From the NCBI GenBank assembly GCA_044892525.1, contig CM097885.1, forward strand, positions 236,718,001-236,782,000: a stretch of DNA of 64,000 nt. The letters are read 5' to 3'. This document shows positions 1 to 12,777 of this stretch, one piece after another (positions within the stretch are counted from its first letter, which is position 1; each line of letters opens with the position of its first letter). Both the position numbers and the translations under genes were made by a program. Source of the DNA: Schmidtea polychroa. Lineage: Eukaryota. Under the pieces are notes generated by a model that saw only the letters and a list, made by a program, of their open reading frames with translations, did not search any database and was not told the DNA's origin.

Positions 1-625
1 TGTTAAATTAATAATAATTTAAAATCCAAATATTGTGATATTTCATGATATCTGTTCTTTTTGCAAATAATTTAAAAATATATTTATTCGGATTGACTAT
101 TTTTCTTGAAAATTTGAAAGTTTTCACTATGTGTTGCATTCGTATATTTTGTATATTTCTATTTTCTCCCACTTTGCTTAGGATATAATATAAAATGCTA
201 TTTGTGTTTGTTTGTTAATTTTTAAGACTTTTGTTTTATTGATATTATTAAACATTTTTGTTCAAAACATTTAACCACAAAATTCCGACTTCAAGTGTTT
301 TTATTTAAATAAACAAAATCCCAAACAATTACCAAGTTTTATTTACAAAAAATATACATATACTAGCAATAATCTATGATACTGACACATTGTTTATTTG
401 TTTGTATTTTTTGTTTGTCTCTCATGTAAAAATAAGCATTGAATCTGCTAATTTAACTATTTTATTTCCAAATGACCACATTTAGACATTGACAACATTG
501 GGGCCGCTTAATGAATTAAAGTTCTCATGGTTAATTATGCAATATCATTTTTTCAAAAATATTCTTTCTCACTAGTAGTAATTTTTAAAATATATTTTTA
601 TTTCTTTAACATGAAGATTTATTAA

Positions 626-1405
626 CCACTTGCCGGGCGCGCGCTCAAATATGAGTGCAAAAAATGTGTACCATTTCGGGCGAGCGCTCACATGTGAGCG
701 CAAACTCAAATAGAAAAAAATAGTGAATACAAACTCGGAAAATTAAAAAAAATATACCGTATTTCCCCTATAATAAGACCTACCTCGAAAATAAGACCTA
801 GCATGAATTATTCGCCCACAAAAAATATAAGACCTACCCTGAAAATAAGACCTACCTTGAAAGATCTGTTTACTTATTTACATAACGAAAAAAATAGTAA
901 TTTTAATTCAAATTAGCCATAAATATATGCTTTAAAGTGTCAAATACTGGCAAATCTGTTAGTTATTCAATCCCCAATCCAATGATCATGACCATAATTT
1001 TAAAATCACATGTGTCGGTTTTACATGGTTTTTAGGTATTTTAATACATGATCTGTTCAGATGTCTTACATACACCTCCTTCACGTGTAGTTTAGGTTCG
1101 AACATATTGAATTGCTCGGGCAATTGCATTTTAGCATATTGTTATAAATGTAAATGAGGTGGATGACATGATTATATTTGAATAAATGTCTAGTTTTTAA
1201 ACGTAATAAATTTATTTTGAAAATATGACCCGAAAATAAGCCCTAGGTAGCTTTTTTTCTGAAAATTTGAAGTAAGACAGTGTCTTATTTTCGGGGAAAT
1301 ACGGTATTTACTTTATATTTTGATTATATACTATTAATTAATGATTTAAAAAAATTAGTTTTTTTTTGACCGAAAACATGAAAAAAAAAATCGCCCGGCA
1401 AGTGG
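626..1405. mobile_element. piggyBac-type MITE (TTAA target) carrying a nested Tc1/mariner MITE
   Basis: Perfect 14-bp TIRs CCACTTGCCGGGCG (626-639) and CGCCCGGCAAGTGG (1392-1405), each flanked by TTAA (622-625, 1406-1409). No ORF. Confidence 0.85.
757..1304. mobile_element. Tc1/mariner (pogo/Tigger-like) MITE nested in the piggyBac MITE
   Basis: TIRs CCGTATTTCCCC..AATAAGAC and GTCTTATT..GGGGAAATACGG, with TA on both flanks. Subterminal direct repeats of ATAAGACCTA at about 770-860. Confidence 0.85.
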
Positions 1406-2129
1406 TTAATACCGCCAAATATTTCTAGAAAATATATTGGTAATTTCTTTAACTATTTCGAAAGATTAAGTTCAAGAATTTAAATTTATTTTTGGTCTAA
1501 TCATTCGACAGTTTGTAGAGAATTGGTACAAAATATTTTCAATGTAAATGAAAATGGCGTAATTTAATTTACAATCTGAAAATTTATTACATAAGAAAAA
1601 TCGCGAGTAGAAAGAAAATTCGTACAATATTTATAGATAACAAAACGGAAATTTAAAATTAAAACTACCATAAAATATTTCAATGAAAGCATTAAATATT
1701 GCAATAATAAAATATAAAATTAATCATGTTGAATAAAACGACTTCAAATTTTTATATAGAAAAATCAAGATATCTATCGAAGAAAAAACTGGTTTATTAT
1801 AAATATTTAATTTATATAATTAAATATTTTTTAAATATATATAATTATAAGACAGAACCAATCAAACATTCTTTTCACGATTTTTCTACAGTTCTCCTGT
1901 CATCATTATATAAATTAAGGATTTTTAAACAAATTTATTTATTGTATTAATTAGTAATTATATAAAAAAGGTTTTAATGAAAACATTTAATTCTTTTAAA
2001 AATTAATATATTTTTTAAATTTTAACATATTGAATCTAATTTTATAATTTATTAATTATTTAAATTAATAACAACAATCTATTCATACAATTTACAAAAG
2101 ATTATTTAAAAATATTTAAAACACAAGTA

Positions 2130-3503
2130 TTCATTACATTCTGCCCATTAATTTTAGGGTTCAGTGACTTTACCAATAATGCCTCACAAATTACACGTTC
2201 CTAATAATTCAATAATTATCGAAAATTTTTAATAAAATTTTAAGATCAGATATATCTATTTTACTTTTACAACGCTTATTGTGCTCACTAATATTGGTCA
2301 ATGCCTTCGGTCTATAATACTCCCAAGCTCGAATACAGAGATGACGAAAAGTTTATCCAATGTATGTGGCATTACACCCATTACATGTAAACTGATAAAC
2401 GAGATCAGAACACAATTCGACTGGGGTTTTAAACTTATTAATAAAAATATTGCGTACTTTCCATGAATTTGACACAATCCTATAGTTTAAATTTCTTAAC
2501 TGCTTTCTTATCTTCCTTTTATAATCCTTAAAATCTTTTGAGTATGGAAATACTAACACAAATTTAGACTCATCATCCTTGCTCACACTATTTAATTTAT
2601 TTAACTCATCAGACTCACACGCCTCAACAAAATCACACCTAGATTTTCTAAAACATGGATCCTTAAAATTTTTCATAAATTTGTCAACAGTCTCTTTTAC
2701 CATAATTAATAAAAAGGATTTTGAATAACTATTTTTCATTAACAATTATTCCAATTTGTCAACACTTTTTGCTGAATTTACAAAAGTAGAAGACAAAAAC
2801 CATGAATGATAAATCAAACCCTTCACCATATTTCTCTTATACTTGAATTCACAAAAACTTTCGGATGAAGTATACAGACCAATAAAAGTTGGTTTTCTAT
2901 AAATCTCTGTCTCATAGTGTTTCTCTTTGCGTTGTTCTAATAAATCCAAGAAAGGAAGTGGTTATTTTTTCTCTGTTTCACATGTGAATACAATGATTTT
3001 ATGTAGACTATTCATATAATACAAAAACGGTTCAACACGCCGCTGAATTTCAAATATAAGAAAAATATCATCCACATACCGTTTATAAACAGTGGGTTTC
3101 ATAAATTGGAAAAATGCAATTTCCTTTTCTAAGCTTGCTAAAAAGATTGGTACTAACTCTATCTATTTGTTGATACCATTCATTATTGAAAAGGAAAATT
3201 GATTTTTGAAGTAGCAAATTCAAGAAGTTCACGAAATGCTCTCCTATTCAAAATATGATGTTCAGAGATGTTTTCGTTCCATAACAAGCAACAATTGTTT
3301 CAACCAATGGTACATTAGTAAACAAACTACAAACATCAAACGAAACCATAATTTCATCCACACTTTGTCTATCATATTGTGCAATGAATAAAACTAATTT
3401 AAAACTATCTTTACATGAAAAATTCTGATCGTATTTAATAATCCATCCGAAAATTTGGCAATTTTATACTGGGCTGTACCAACCATGGATAAAACAGGTT
3501 TCT
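2130..3503 (-). pseudogene. Degenerate Penelope-like retroelement (RT plus GIY-YIG endonuclease)
   Basis: Minus-strand translations give PVLSMVGTAQYKIAK, MVSFDVCSLFTNVPL, VYKRYVDDIF, YRKPTFIGLY, LVYQFTCNGCNATYIG (GIY-YIG) and CEALLVKSLNPKIN. Multiple stops and frameshifts. Confidence 0.9.
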
Positions 3504-3815
3504 ATAATATTTTTTATATAAATTTTTTTGAAATCAGCAGTAGAAATTTTACTGATTCATGAATGTTAGTAATTATGTAGTAATTATGTACATCATTAAT
3601 ATTTATACTTTTGTTTTAATTTAGACAAAACTCAAGTTATTTTTATATATTACTATTTTTATTATTAATATTTAATTTTATTTCCTTGCTTTGGATTTAT
3701 TATTTTGTTTTCAATCAACATTTTCATTTTTTCCACAACAATAATTTTAAACATATTAAATATTTAAAAATACAATTAATTTGTTGCTATTTTCAATATA
3801 TAGAAATATATATTT

Positions 3816-3818
<3 letters not shown>

Positions 3819-3906
<88 letters not shown>
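3819..3906. repeat. (TA)n microsatellite
   Basis: Direct reading. Confidence 0.95.
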
Positions 3907-3910
<4 letters not shown>

Positions 3911-4099
3911 AGGCGGAAATTAAATAAAGGATAAAACAAATCTAAACATAATCCAACATATATAATTTCTAAAATATAAATTTAATTATTTAATTAACAA
4001 ATTAATACAGAAAACTTTATTCCTTTCTCATCGATAATTAATTTTAATACCTTTCAATTATTCTTTTACAATAAATTGATGATAAAATTCCATTTCTTA

Positions 4100-4240
4100 A
4101 TCAAAGAAAAAGCGCCTTTTTCTTCATATCACATCATCAAATAATTATCTTAAATTGTTATTATTTCATTTCCTTCGATTACTGCTCAACGATGACTTTC
4201 AATCACTGCCTGGCATCAAAGAAAAGCGGAATATCACCGC
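4100..4240. promoter_or_regulatory. Candidate TCF/LEF (Wnt-response) element pair
   Basis: ATCAAAG at 4100-4106 and 4215-4221, each followed 4-5 nt later by GCG (GCGCC, GCGGA), in a locally less AT-rich non-coding patch. Confidence 0.35.
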
Positions 4241-5085
4241 AGTGGAAAAAAAGGAGAAAGGTGATTGAAAATTTTCATTTTTTTTCTCAGAAATGTTTTT
4301 CTATTGACAAAGAAAATGACAACAAATATTTTGAATTTTTCCCCTCTTTTTAGTCCAACAGAGTCGTTCTTATGTATGAATATGTTTTTTGATATTTCCA
4401 GTCCAACCTTATTTCACAATATATGGAGTTGTAATCAATTTTAGCATAATTGACAAATTAAGCGTGCAGTTTTCTGAATTTTCTTTTTTTCATTGTATAA
4501 AAATAGAAATTTCGGTTTGCAATGTATGTATGCGGTTGGGAGATCATTGCAGTTAAGATAACATCTAAAGAGCTTGCCGACAGAATTTACTTCCTTTATA
4601 AAAAAGTAGAGCCCGTTTTACATTGAGTAGAGAAATATTAGAGATACTAATCCTACCATTATTACCGGTTTCTTAGATTTCAACCAGTGGAAAGTGTAAT
4701 TACAAGTGATTATTCGATTTTTTGATTCTCTCCCCCCCCCACCCTCATTATTAATGTTCTGAAATTTGGATATGGATTTTGATGGAAATATCATCTGAAT
4801 CCAGACGAGATTCGTTGAGATAGAAAACATTTTCTGTTCATATTGTTATTCATTTTTTTGTTAATGTGTTTTAATAGTCGACAAAAAATAGTTTTCTTGT
4901 TAATTTTTAAATTGTTAAATTTTAAAATTTTTATTTTTATTTATATAATTTTAAATGTAATTTTATAAAATATTACATGTCATTTTTGGCTCAAACTACT
5001 TTAAAAATTATTAAATCTTCTTTTATTTATGGAAATATTTTTAATATTTAATTTAATTTAACTTGTTTTTATTCATTAGTTATAA

Positions 5086-5203
<118 letters not shown>

Positions 5204-7860
5204 TTTAATTAATTAGTATCTTTACCAATTGACTTTATTATTTAAATTCTATTGACACATTTATTATGGGTTTGTATAAAATGTTTGATATATTTAAATA
5301 ATATAATCATTTTAAGAAAAAAAATTTAGAAATATTTCTTGTCTTCATTTCCGAATTGAATGAGCCACGCAAATCTTGCGATGGCAAATTAACCCACTTT
5401 CCGTGATCAGATCTAGCTGGAATTTGCCAGATAGAACAAGCGTCGGAAACAATGCATTCTTTCAAAATATTAATAAAATATTTTTTCAAAGTAATTTCTC
5501 AACTAGGTATATTTTGCATATAATATTGAATATTTTATAGGATTGAGCACGCATATTGTAATTTTAACTTTGAGAGAATGTATAAGAGTTAGATATAGAG
5601 AGATTTTTAACGGTTAGTTTTTATTATTAATATATGTTTCGAATAACTATATATCTATAAGTCATGAGTTGAATTGATCTTGGAAGATCTTTTACAACAA
5701 GGTCAACAATTATTCTGAAATAAATAATTAATCCAATTAATTAAACCAAATGTATTCACAGCGAGAGTTTGCGTCACGGAGAAAGTTTGGCAATACTTAA
5801 CACTGATAACATTTAACTTTAATCATTATTCAAGGAAGAAGTGTCTTTCGTATATTCCCAACTAATAAATATTTCCAAACTTTTACTTTTATGTTAAAAA
5901 AATCGGCTCCAATGCACCTAATATGGAACAAATTAAAATGTTACATCCCGATAAAACTTAAACTTTAATTATTTCTCGTGTGCTTATTTTTTTATGCCTA
6001 AGCAATTTATAGGGACAAAACCACCTAATAATATTTATTTCAATATAAATTTGTCTGAATATAATTTTTATTTATACAAATTCAGTCACATCTCTGCAGA
6101 CGTGGTCATTGTCGAGAAAGCGTTATTTAGATTTTTAATATATTAGGAGGAGAATGAACCTCCCCAGTATATCTATTTTACAATATTACAATATATTATT
6201 AATACAAAAACTATTTGGTATTAGTGGATACTATTGCTTATTCTGAGAAACAATAATTTTTTTAATTGATTATTGCAAATTGAACTTATTTGAAGTATTT
6301 ATTGCTATTATTAACTATCATATTTATCCTTTGGTTTCCCCATTGGTCTTTTATCTATTTCATTAATTTTTATATTAATGTTTGTAAGATTAGAGATCAA
6401 AACAATATATAAGATCCACGATATTTTGGCACAACCTTTATCAAGTATATATAATCAATATAAATATTTATTAACATAATTCTCTATTTAATTTTTGTTT
6501 TAATTATATCAGTAATATCTATAAAATTAATTTTACATAAATTTTAATGTTTTTTTATAAAAATGATTTCCTATTTGGACGCCTAATTCTTAGAATTGTT
6601 GTTTCTTTAGAGATTTGTTTCCTATTCAATTGATTTAAATTTTTTTATATAATAATTAATGAACAAGTTGAAAACAAACAAGTATCTAAATAAAATATTT
6701 TAAAATAAATGACTTTCAAATAAAAAATTAAAATTCATTATAATAAATAAGTGTATAAGAAATTTTATTTTTCATTAGCGGATTATGCAATTAAAACAAA
6801 AAATTGCATTTTAAACTCAAACCCGCATTTCAATAAAGAAGAGCATTAAAAATTAAACTCATATTTTTACAATCAAATATTTTTCGAAAAAAATTAACAA
6901 GTTAAAAATTTGAAATAATAATTAAAATATTTTTCAATTAAATGCCGGCTGTCTTCATGACAGAATATCATATCAGTTTTCCGTATCTGGTTACGTAATC
7001 ATCTGTAACGCGACAATTATTGTCAATAATTATGACTTTTTGAATTTGAATCCATTAATTAATTTGATGTGCTATTTGAATACTGGATATTTTTCTCCAG
7101 TCTCCTAACTTTGTCGCACTGTGCAAATAATTCCATCTTTCGTCGTAAACGTGTTATTAAAACTTGAGAATCGTCTGGAGAATTTAGGTGAGTTGGTCGT
7201 TAATTGTTTCATTGCTAGAGCATTTCAATTGAAAGTGGTTTTCCGCTGAGAAAACAGTTAAAGAAAAACAAAAAAATCAGAGCCTCAAAGAAATTTAATT
7301 TTAAAAATGAAAATGAATTTACGTTTAAAAGTCATTAATTAATACTCATAATTCAGTGCCCATTACGTTTAGTCTCAAAACCTGTAAATACACTGTTCAA
7401 ATTACTGACTTCTTGATCTAATAACAATTTTTTTCGTATTGACTTCGAACTATTTAATATCTTTTCTTATAAATCATTTTCATGCCTTTTGTATCATTTA
7501 GGTACATGCATTTCTCTCATATTCGATTTGCTTACTGGAAATAAACAATATATTTCCCGCTAATTTTTCGTTATACTTCTCAAATGCTTTAAATCATTGG
7601 TTCTCAAACTTATTTGATCTACTGTCCCCCTTTCCACAAAAAATATTAATCGGCACCCCCTGGATTTTTTTCAATTTTAATAGCATTTAAGCAGAAATAT
7701 ATATTGGTTGCATATGCTAAAAGAATCTGATTGATCAGAAAACGAAAGTGATTCCCAGATTGGGAATAATTAACAAATATGGAAAGTTATGATCAAGATA
7801 GGTAATGATGGTACTAATAAGGAAGTTAGTGATTAGTAAAAAAGAAGGTTATATAATATA

Positions 7861-8125
7861 TGTTAGAAAAAGACATAGTTTCACAGAAATATTTATTCAC
7901 TACAAAATCTAAACGGAACACACAATCGTTATACTATTTATAGTACATTGAATTGCGTAATCTACAAAAGGGAGAATTATTAGTTTAAGTGATACTGTTG
8001 ACACAGAAGACAAACATACTTACTTAATTTAGTTATACAAGCATTCCCGCATCATTCAATAGATATAAAGGTCTAGTGACCTGGTTATGTAAGTAATTCT
8101 TTGGAAATTATTATATCATCTTACA
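7861..8125 (-). repeat. 3' LTR (265 bp)
   Basis: TGTTAG...TCTTACA, identical by eye to 12292-12777 once the MITE and one TSD copy are removed. Confidence 0.95.
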
Positions 8126-11100
8126 TCCCCCTCCATTTAAAACTTTTGATCCATTCTACATTTCGAATTATTTCTTTGCCTTGCTTATTCTTTAGAACAT
8201 AGCTTCTGTCATGTCGTTTTCCAGTTATTTCATAAGGCCCTTCATAACGTTCATCCATCTTTCTAGTATTTTCTTTTTTAACCAATACTTGGTCTCCAAC
8301 TTCAAAATTCCTATAATTTTGTGTAATTAAATTCTTTTCTATGTTTTGTTTATGTTTAATTCCCTCCACGATCTCCCTTCTCCGATTATTAGCATCATTA
8401 TTTTGTATATCCAAATTCTCTTTTTCCATCCATTGTCTAAAAATATTCCGGTTGTCTGCTGTATCGTAGCATTTAACATAAATTCCACATCTGGCAATAT
8501 TTCTGCCCAATCTTTATGCCGTTTGTCTTTTAACGTAATTGCAATTGCATCCCTTATAGTTCTAAATTGCCTCTCAACTAAACCGTTTGTACTATGATGA
8601 TATGGGCTTGAATATATTATTGTAATATGATGCGTTTTCAACACTTCTAAAAGGAGTTGAGATTCAAATGTTTTTCCTCTATCGGAGTGAATTATTTTAG
8701 GGGCACCAAATTTCAAAATCCAATTTTCTCTTAAAATCTTTGCCGTCGTGTTTTCATCCTGATAAGCAACTGCCGTCAATGATATATACCTACTGAATTG
8801 ATCAATTATAGCTAAAATATATTGTTTTCCATGAATTGTTTTCTTAAATGGTCCACAGAAATCAATAAATATCTCTTTGAAAACTTCATCTGTACTCTGT
8901 TTAATCAGCGGTTCTTTTGTTCGTCTTGTCCACGTCTTCCGTTTCTGACACTGTTCACAATTTTCAATCACTCTTCTAACTTCATTTTCACTAATTTTCA
9001 TTTTCATATTTTTCCGTGCATATTCGTAAATTTTTTTTACCCCTGCGTGACATAAGTCTTTATGTATATTAAAAATTACACCTTCATTATTTACTTTTAT
9101 TTCTTGGTCCATATTTTCTATGGCCAATATTTTAGTTTTATTTTTATCTACCTTGGCGTTTTCATGAACTGTTTGGCACTGACTACATGAAGTACAGTCT
9201 TTCCTTGATAGGGCATCGGCGTTAGCATGCAATTCTCCTTTTCTGTATTCTAATTTGATATCTAACCCACTTAAATAGTTAATCCATGTCTGGAATTGTG
9301 CTGTAATTGGCTTTTTTGTATTTATCATAAAGGTTATAGCTTTATGATCGGTTCTTAAAGTAAATCTTTTTCCATATAGATAGTGTTTGAAATGCTGAGT
9401 AAAATGATAGATTGCAAGCAATTCCTATCGCGTAATGCAGTAACCGATTTCGTGCTTATTCATTGTCTTTGATCCATATGCAATAACTTGTTCTTGTCCA
9501 TTACTACTCAACTGCGAAAGCACTCCCCCAATCGTATCGAAACTAGCATCTGTATCTAAAATAAAGGTTTTTCGTAAATCCGGAAATCCTAGTACTGGGG
9601 TAGACGTTAACGCTTTCTTTAGCGTGTTGAAATTTGTTTCACGTTCTTCAGTCCATATAAGTTTATCTTTGTTAGACCCACATAACCTTTCTAATGGTCT
9701 TGCATACTTGGCGTAATCTTTAACAAATTTTCGATAATAATTTGTTAAGCCTAGAAAGCTTCTTAAACGTTTAATACATTTTGGTTTTTCATATTCTTGC
9801 ATTGCTTTTATCTTTTCATAATCTGTCTTAATACCATTTTTATTTATAATGTGTCCCAAAAATTTTATTTCTAGTTTGTTAAAACAATATTTTTCTAAGC
9901 TTATTTTCAAACCAGCTTCTTGAATCTTTCGAAAAACTCTTTCTAGTCTTTTTTTATGTTCGATTTCATTATCTGCAAATATAAGGATATCGTCTAAATA
10001 AACAATTGCTTCTCTCCAATTAAGATCACCCAAAACTTGAGTCATTAATTTTTGAAAAGTTGCTGGAGCAGCTGCAATTCCAAAAGGCATTCGGTTAAAA
10101 CAATATTGACCATCTTTTGTTGAAAATGCAGTCTTCATTTTTGATTCCTCTTCTAATTCCACTTGACAATAAGCATTACCAAGATCGATAGTGCTAAATA
10201 TCTGTGCTCCATTTAGGATATCCATCATCTCTTCAATATTTGGTATTGGAAATCGAGGTCTCTCCGTAATTGCATTTAGTGCCCGAAAATCCAAACATAT
10301 TCTAATATCTGATTTATTCTTTTTTAACACACATACCAATGGGCTATTCCACACCGAGTCACATTTTTTTTATAATTCCTGCTTCTTCCATGTCTTTTAG
10401 CATGTCTTGTATTTTGTGAGCAATATGAATCGGCTGACGTCTAGGATTAATTGTCACTGGGCTACCTCTAGTAACTATCTTATGTTTAATTAACTGTGTT
10501 TTTCCTACATCCCATTTATTTTTCATGAATATATCCGAAAATTCTTTAAGTAATTTATTAATCGTTGGGTCGATAATTCCTTTCAAATTGTTTTCCTCTA
10601 AATTCATTAATTGATTTTTTAATTTTACTTTAGTTACTGCCTGTAATTTAATATCAAAACAATTCATCATTTCTACGCCTGAAATTACGCTCGGGTTAAT
10701 CTTATTTGCCACAAAGAATCTTATTACCAATTCTAATCCCGAAATTCTCAATTTTAGTAATATTGTTCCTATGATTTTAAGTGTGCTCTCGTTTGCACAT
10801 GTAACCATAATATTGGATTCCCCTATTTTATCACGCATCTTTAATTTACTAACAACATCTTCGCTAATCACGTTTATTCTAGCCCCGGTATCCAAAAGAC
10901 AATCAACTTTTATTTTATTTTCCAGCCAAATACCTACACTAGGTCTGCCATTCATTCTTTCGTAAACGAATTTAGGTGCAAAAGGTCTTTCTTTATTTTC
11001 ATTAACTTTATTATTTATTATATCGATACTCATAATCTTATCAATTTTGTTATTAATTTCATAAAAACTATATTCAAAATAATTTTCAAAGTCAAAACAT

Positions 11101-11285
11101 TCACAATCATTCATAATTACATCATTAATTTTTAAATCATCTTTAAATTCATTCATTACGGAAATCTTGAAATCACAAGCATTCAAATTCAAACATTCTG
11201 TGTCAACAATATACTTACTTAAACCAAATTTATGGCTCCTAGCAACTCCCTTGAAACTGGAGCCTCCCCTTTTAGCTGTTCGCAA
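8121..11285 (-). pseudogene. pol: Gypsy pol (protease, RT, RNase H, integrase with GPY/F motif), disrupted
   Basis: Motifs LLDTGA, YLDD, DTDAS, FTLRTDHKA, HKDLCHAG..CEQC, IDFCGP, SDRG, GLVER and YEGPYEI. Lesions: one extra base in the T run 10364-10371, in-frame TAG at 9425-9427, and a frameshift with probable deletion near 8445. Confidence 0.92.
8126..8138 (-). other. Polypurine tract
   Basis: Minus strand AAATGGAGGGGGA immediately before the 3' LTR. Confidence 0.85.
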
Positions 11286-12292
11286 TCTTTTTGCATGTCA
11301 TCCTGTTGAATCAGCTCTCCTTCCTCGTATTCGTAGTCGTATATCGCATTGCATTGTCTTCGATGTGGTCCTCTGTCTGAAGATTGGTTTCTGCTTTGAT
11401 ATTGTCCTCTGGATCCAAATTGTTTTTGGTTTCTATCATAATTTCTTCCGTTGTAATATGCTTCTGTTTTAACTGAATTTCTTCTGATGTCCCAACATTG
11501 ATGCTTGAAATGACCATTTTTGGAACACTGAGAGCATTTTACGTTTGGGCATTCTGCTCGAATATGTCCTTGCTCTCCACACGCCCAACATCTCTGCAGT
11601 TTAAATCGCCTGGTCCCGTTCTTCCAGTCACTTTTATTTGGCATATTGAAGTTCGCGGCCTCATTGGTTCTAGAGTTAGAAAATATTGGCGTCTTATTCT
11701 GTTGGTACAACTGAGTTTTTCTCGGGCTTTTGACTGTCTCCGCATATGATTTATTTTCATGTAGAGATGCTAATGATTGCTCACTTGAAAGCTCTTTTTG
11801 AATTTCTTCCATTCTTGATATCACTTCCTTGGCCTTATCTACTGATTTAACTTCTCTTAATTTCAATTCTTTTTTTGTTTCCATATCTTCCATTGCATTC
11901 TGCATTAAAAATAACATTAATGCCGGTTTTGTTAATTTGTGTCGAAGAACATTGTCGACGAGCTTTTCCACTTTATTGAAAAATTCGGTGCACGAGTCAT
12001 TTCCTTTTCGATATCTTAAAGCTGCGTCTAGATCCATGGCTAGATTTTTCCTTGGCTCGAACGCTTTTCTTAATCTTTCTTCATAGCCTGAATAATCGCT
12101 CTGTACTTCTTCATATTTCTGGATCAACTCTACCGACAGAAAGGCCTTGGTAAACATTTCTTGAGTTTCTTGCGGTTGTTGAGTGAATTCGAAAAATCTC
12201 TTCAATTCCAAAATAAAAATTTCTAAATCACCATTTGGCAGCAATTGATTAGGTGGCTTGATATAGTTCTGGAGTCCTGGCGTGGTCGCCAT
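11219..12292 (-). CDS. gag: Gypsy gag with two CCHC zinc knuckles
   Basis: Uninterrupted ORF from MATTPG, containing CWACGEQGHIRAEC and CSQCSKNGHFKHQC. An alternative in-frame ATG lies at 12307 inside the LTR. Confidence 0.9.
   Translation of the reverse strand: MATTPGLQNYIKPPNQLLPNGDLEIFILELKRFFEFTQQPQETQEMFTKAFLSVELIQKYEEVQSDYSGYEERLRKAFEPRKNLAMDLDAALRYRKGNDSCTEFFNKVEKLVDNVLRHKLTKPALMLFLMQNAMEDMETKKELKLREVKSVDKAKEVISRMEEIQKELSSEQSLASLHENKSYAETVKSPRKTQLYQQNKTPIFSNSRTNEAANFNMPNKSDWKNGTRRFKLQRCWACGEQGHIRAECPNVKCSQCSKNGHFKHQCWDIRRNSVKTEAYYNGRNYDRNQKQFGSRGQYQSRNQSSDRGPHRRQCNAIYDYEYEEGELIQQDDMQKDCEQLKGEAPVSRELLGAINLV
12274..12291 (-). other. Primer-binding site, probably tRNA-Arg
   Basis: TGGCGACCACGCCAGGAC directly abuts the 5' LTR and is complementary to a tRNA 3' end ...CGTGGTCGCCA, an Arg-type acceptor stem. 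Confidence 0.8.
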
Positions 12293-12777
12293 GTTAGAAA
12301 AAGACATAGTTTCACAGAAATATTTATTCACTACAAAATCTAAACGGAACACACAATCGTTATACTATTTATAGTACATTGAATTGCGTAATCTACAAAA
12401 GGGAGAATTATTAGTTTAAGTCAGTGTTTCTCAAACTATGGGTCGCGACCCATTTTTGGGTCGCGAAAGAATTTTTGGTGGGTCGCGATGACTTATGGAA
12501 AGATCTACAAATATAAATTTTGGAAGTTTAAGCCTTTTAAATTTATTTAATCTTTGTCATGTGGGTCGCAATAAAATTTTTGGCATGAAATGTCAAAGAT
12601 TTGGGTCGTGATCAAAAAAGTTTGAGAACCACTGGTTTAAGTGATACTGTTGACACAGAAGACAAACATACTTACTTAATTTAGTTATACAAGCATTCCC
12701 GCATCATTCAATAGATATAAAGGTCTAGTGACCTGGTTATGTAAGTAATTCTTTGGAAATTATTATATCATCTTACA
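12292..12777 (-). repeat. 5' LTR interrupted by a MITE
   Basis: 486 bp = 265-bp LTR + 213-bp MITE + 8-bp TSD. Confidence 0.95.
12422..12634. mobile_element. hAT (Charlie/Buster-like) MITE inserted in the 5' LTR
   Basis: TIRs CAGTGTTTCTCAAACT and AGTTTGAGAACCACTG, perfect 8-bp TSD GTTTAAGT (12414-12421, 12635-12642), and internal GGGTCGC repeats. The empty site is visible in the 3' LTR. Confidence 0.97.

Larger units (their letters stand above)
7861..12777 (-). mobile_element. Ty3/Gypsy LTR retrotransposon with both LTRs
   Basis: Two TG...CA LTRs, 5-bp TSD ATATA (7856-7860 and 12778-12782), PBS, PPT, and domain order gag-PR-RT-RH-IN. Confidence 0.97.

Noticed and set aside
7101..7187. Exon-like segment with a CTCCAG acceptor and a GTGAGT donor on the plus strand
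   Set aside because: Stops in all three frames and no partner exon found.
8346..12086. Plus-strand and alternate-frame ORFs within the Gypsy element
   Set aside because: They are shadows of gag and pol with no recognisable motifs.
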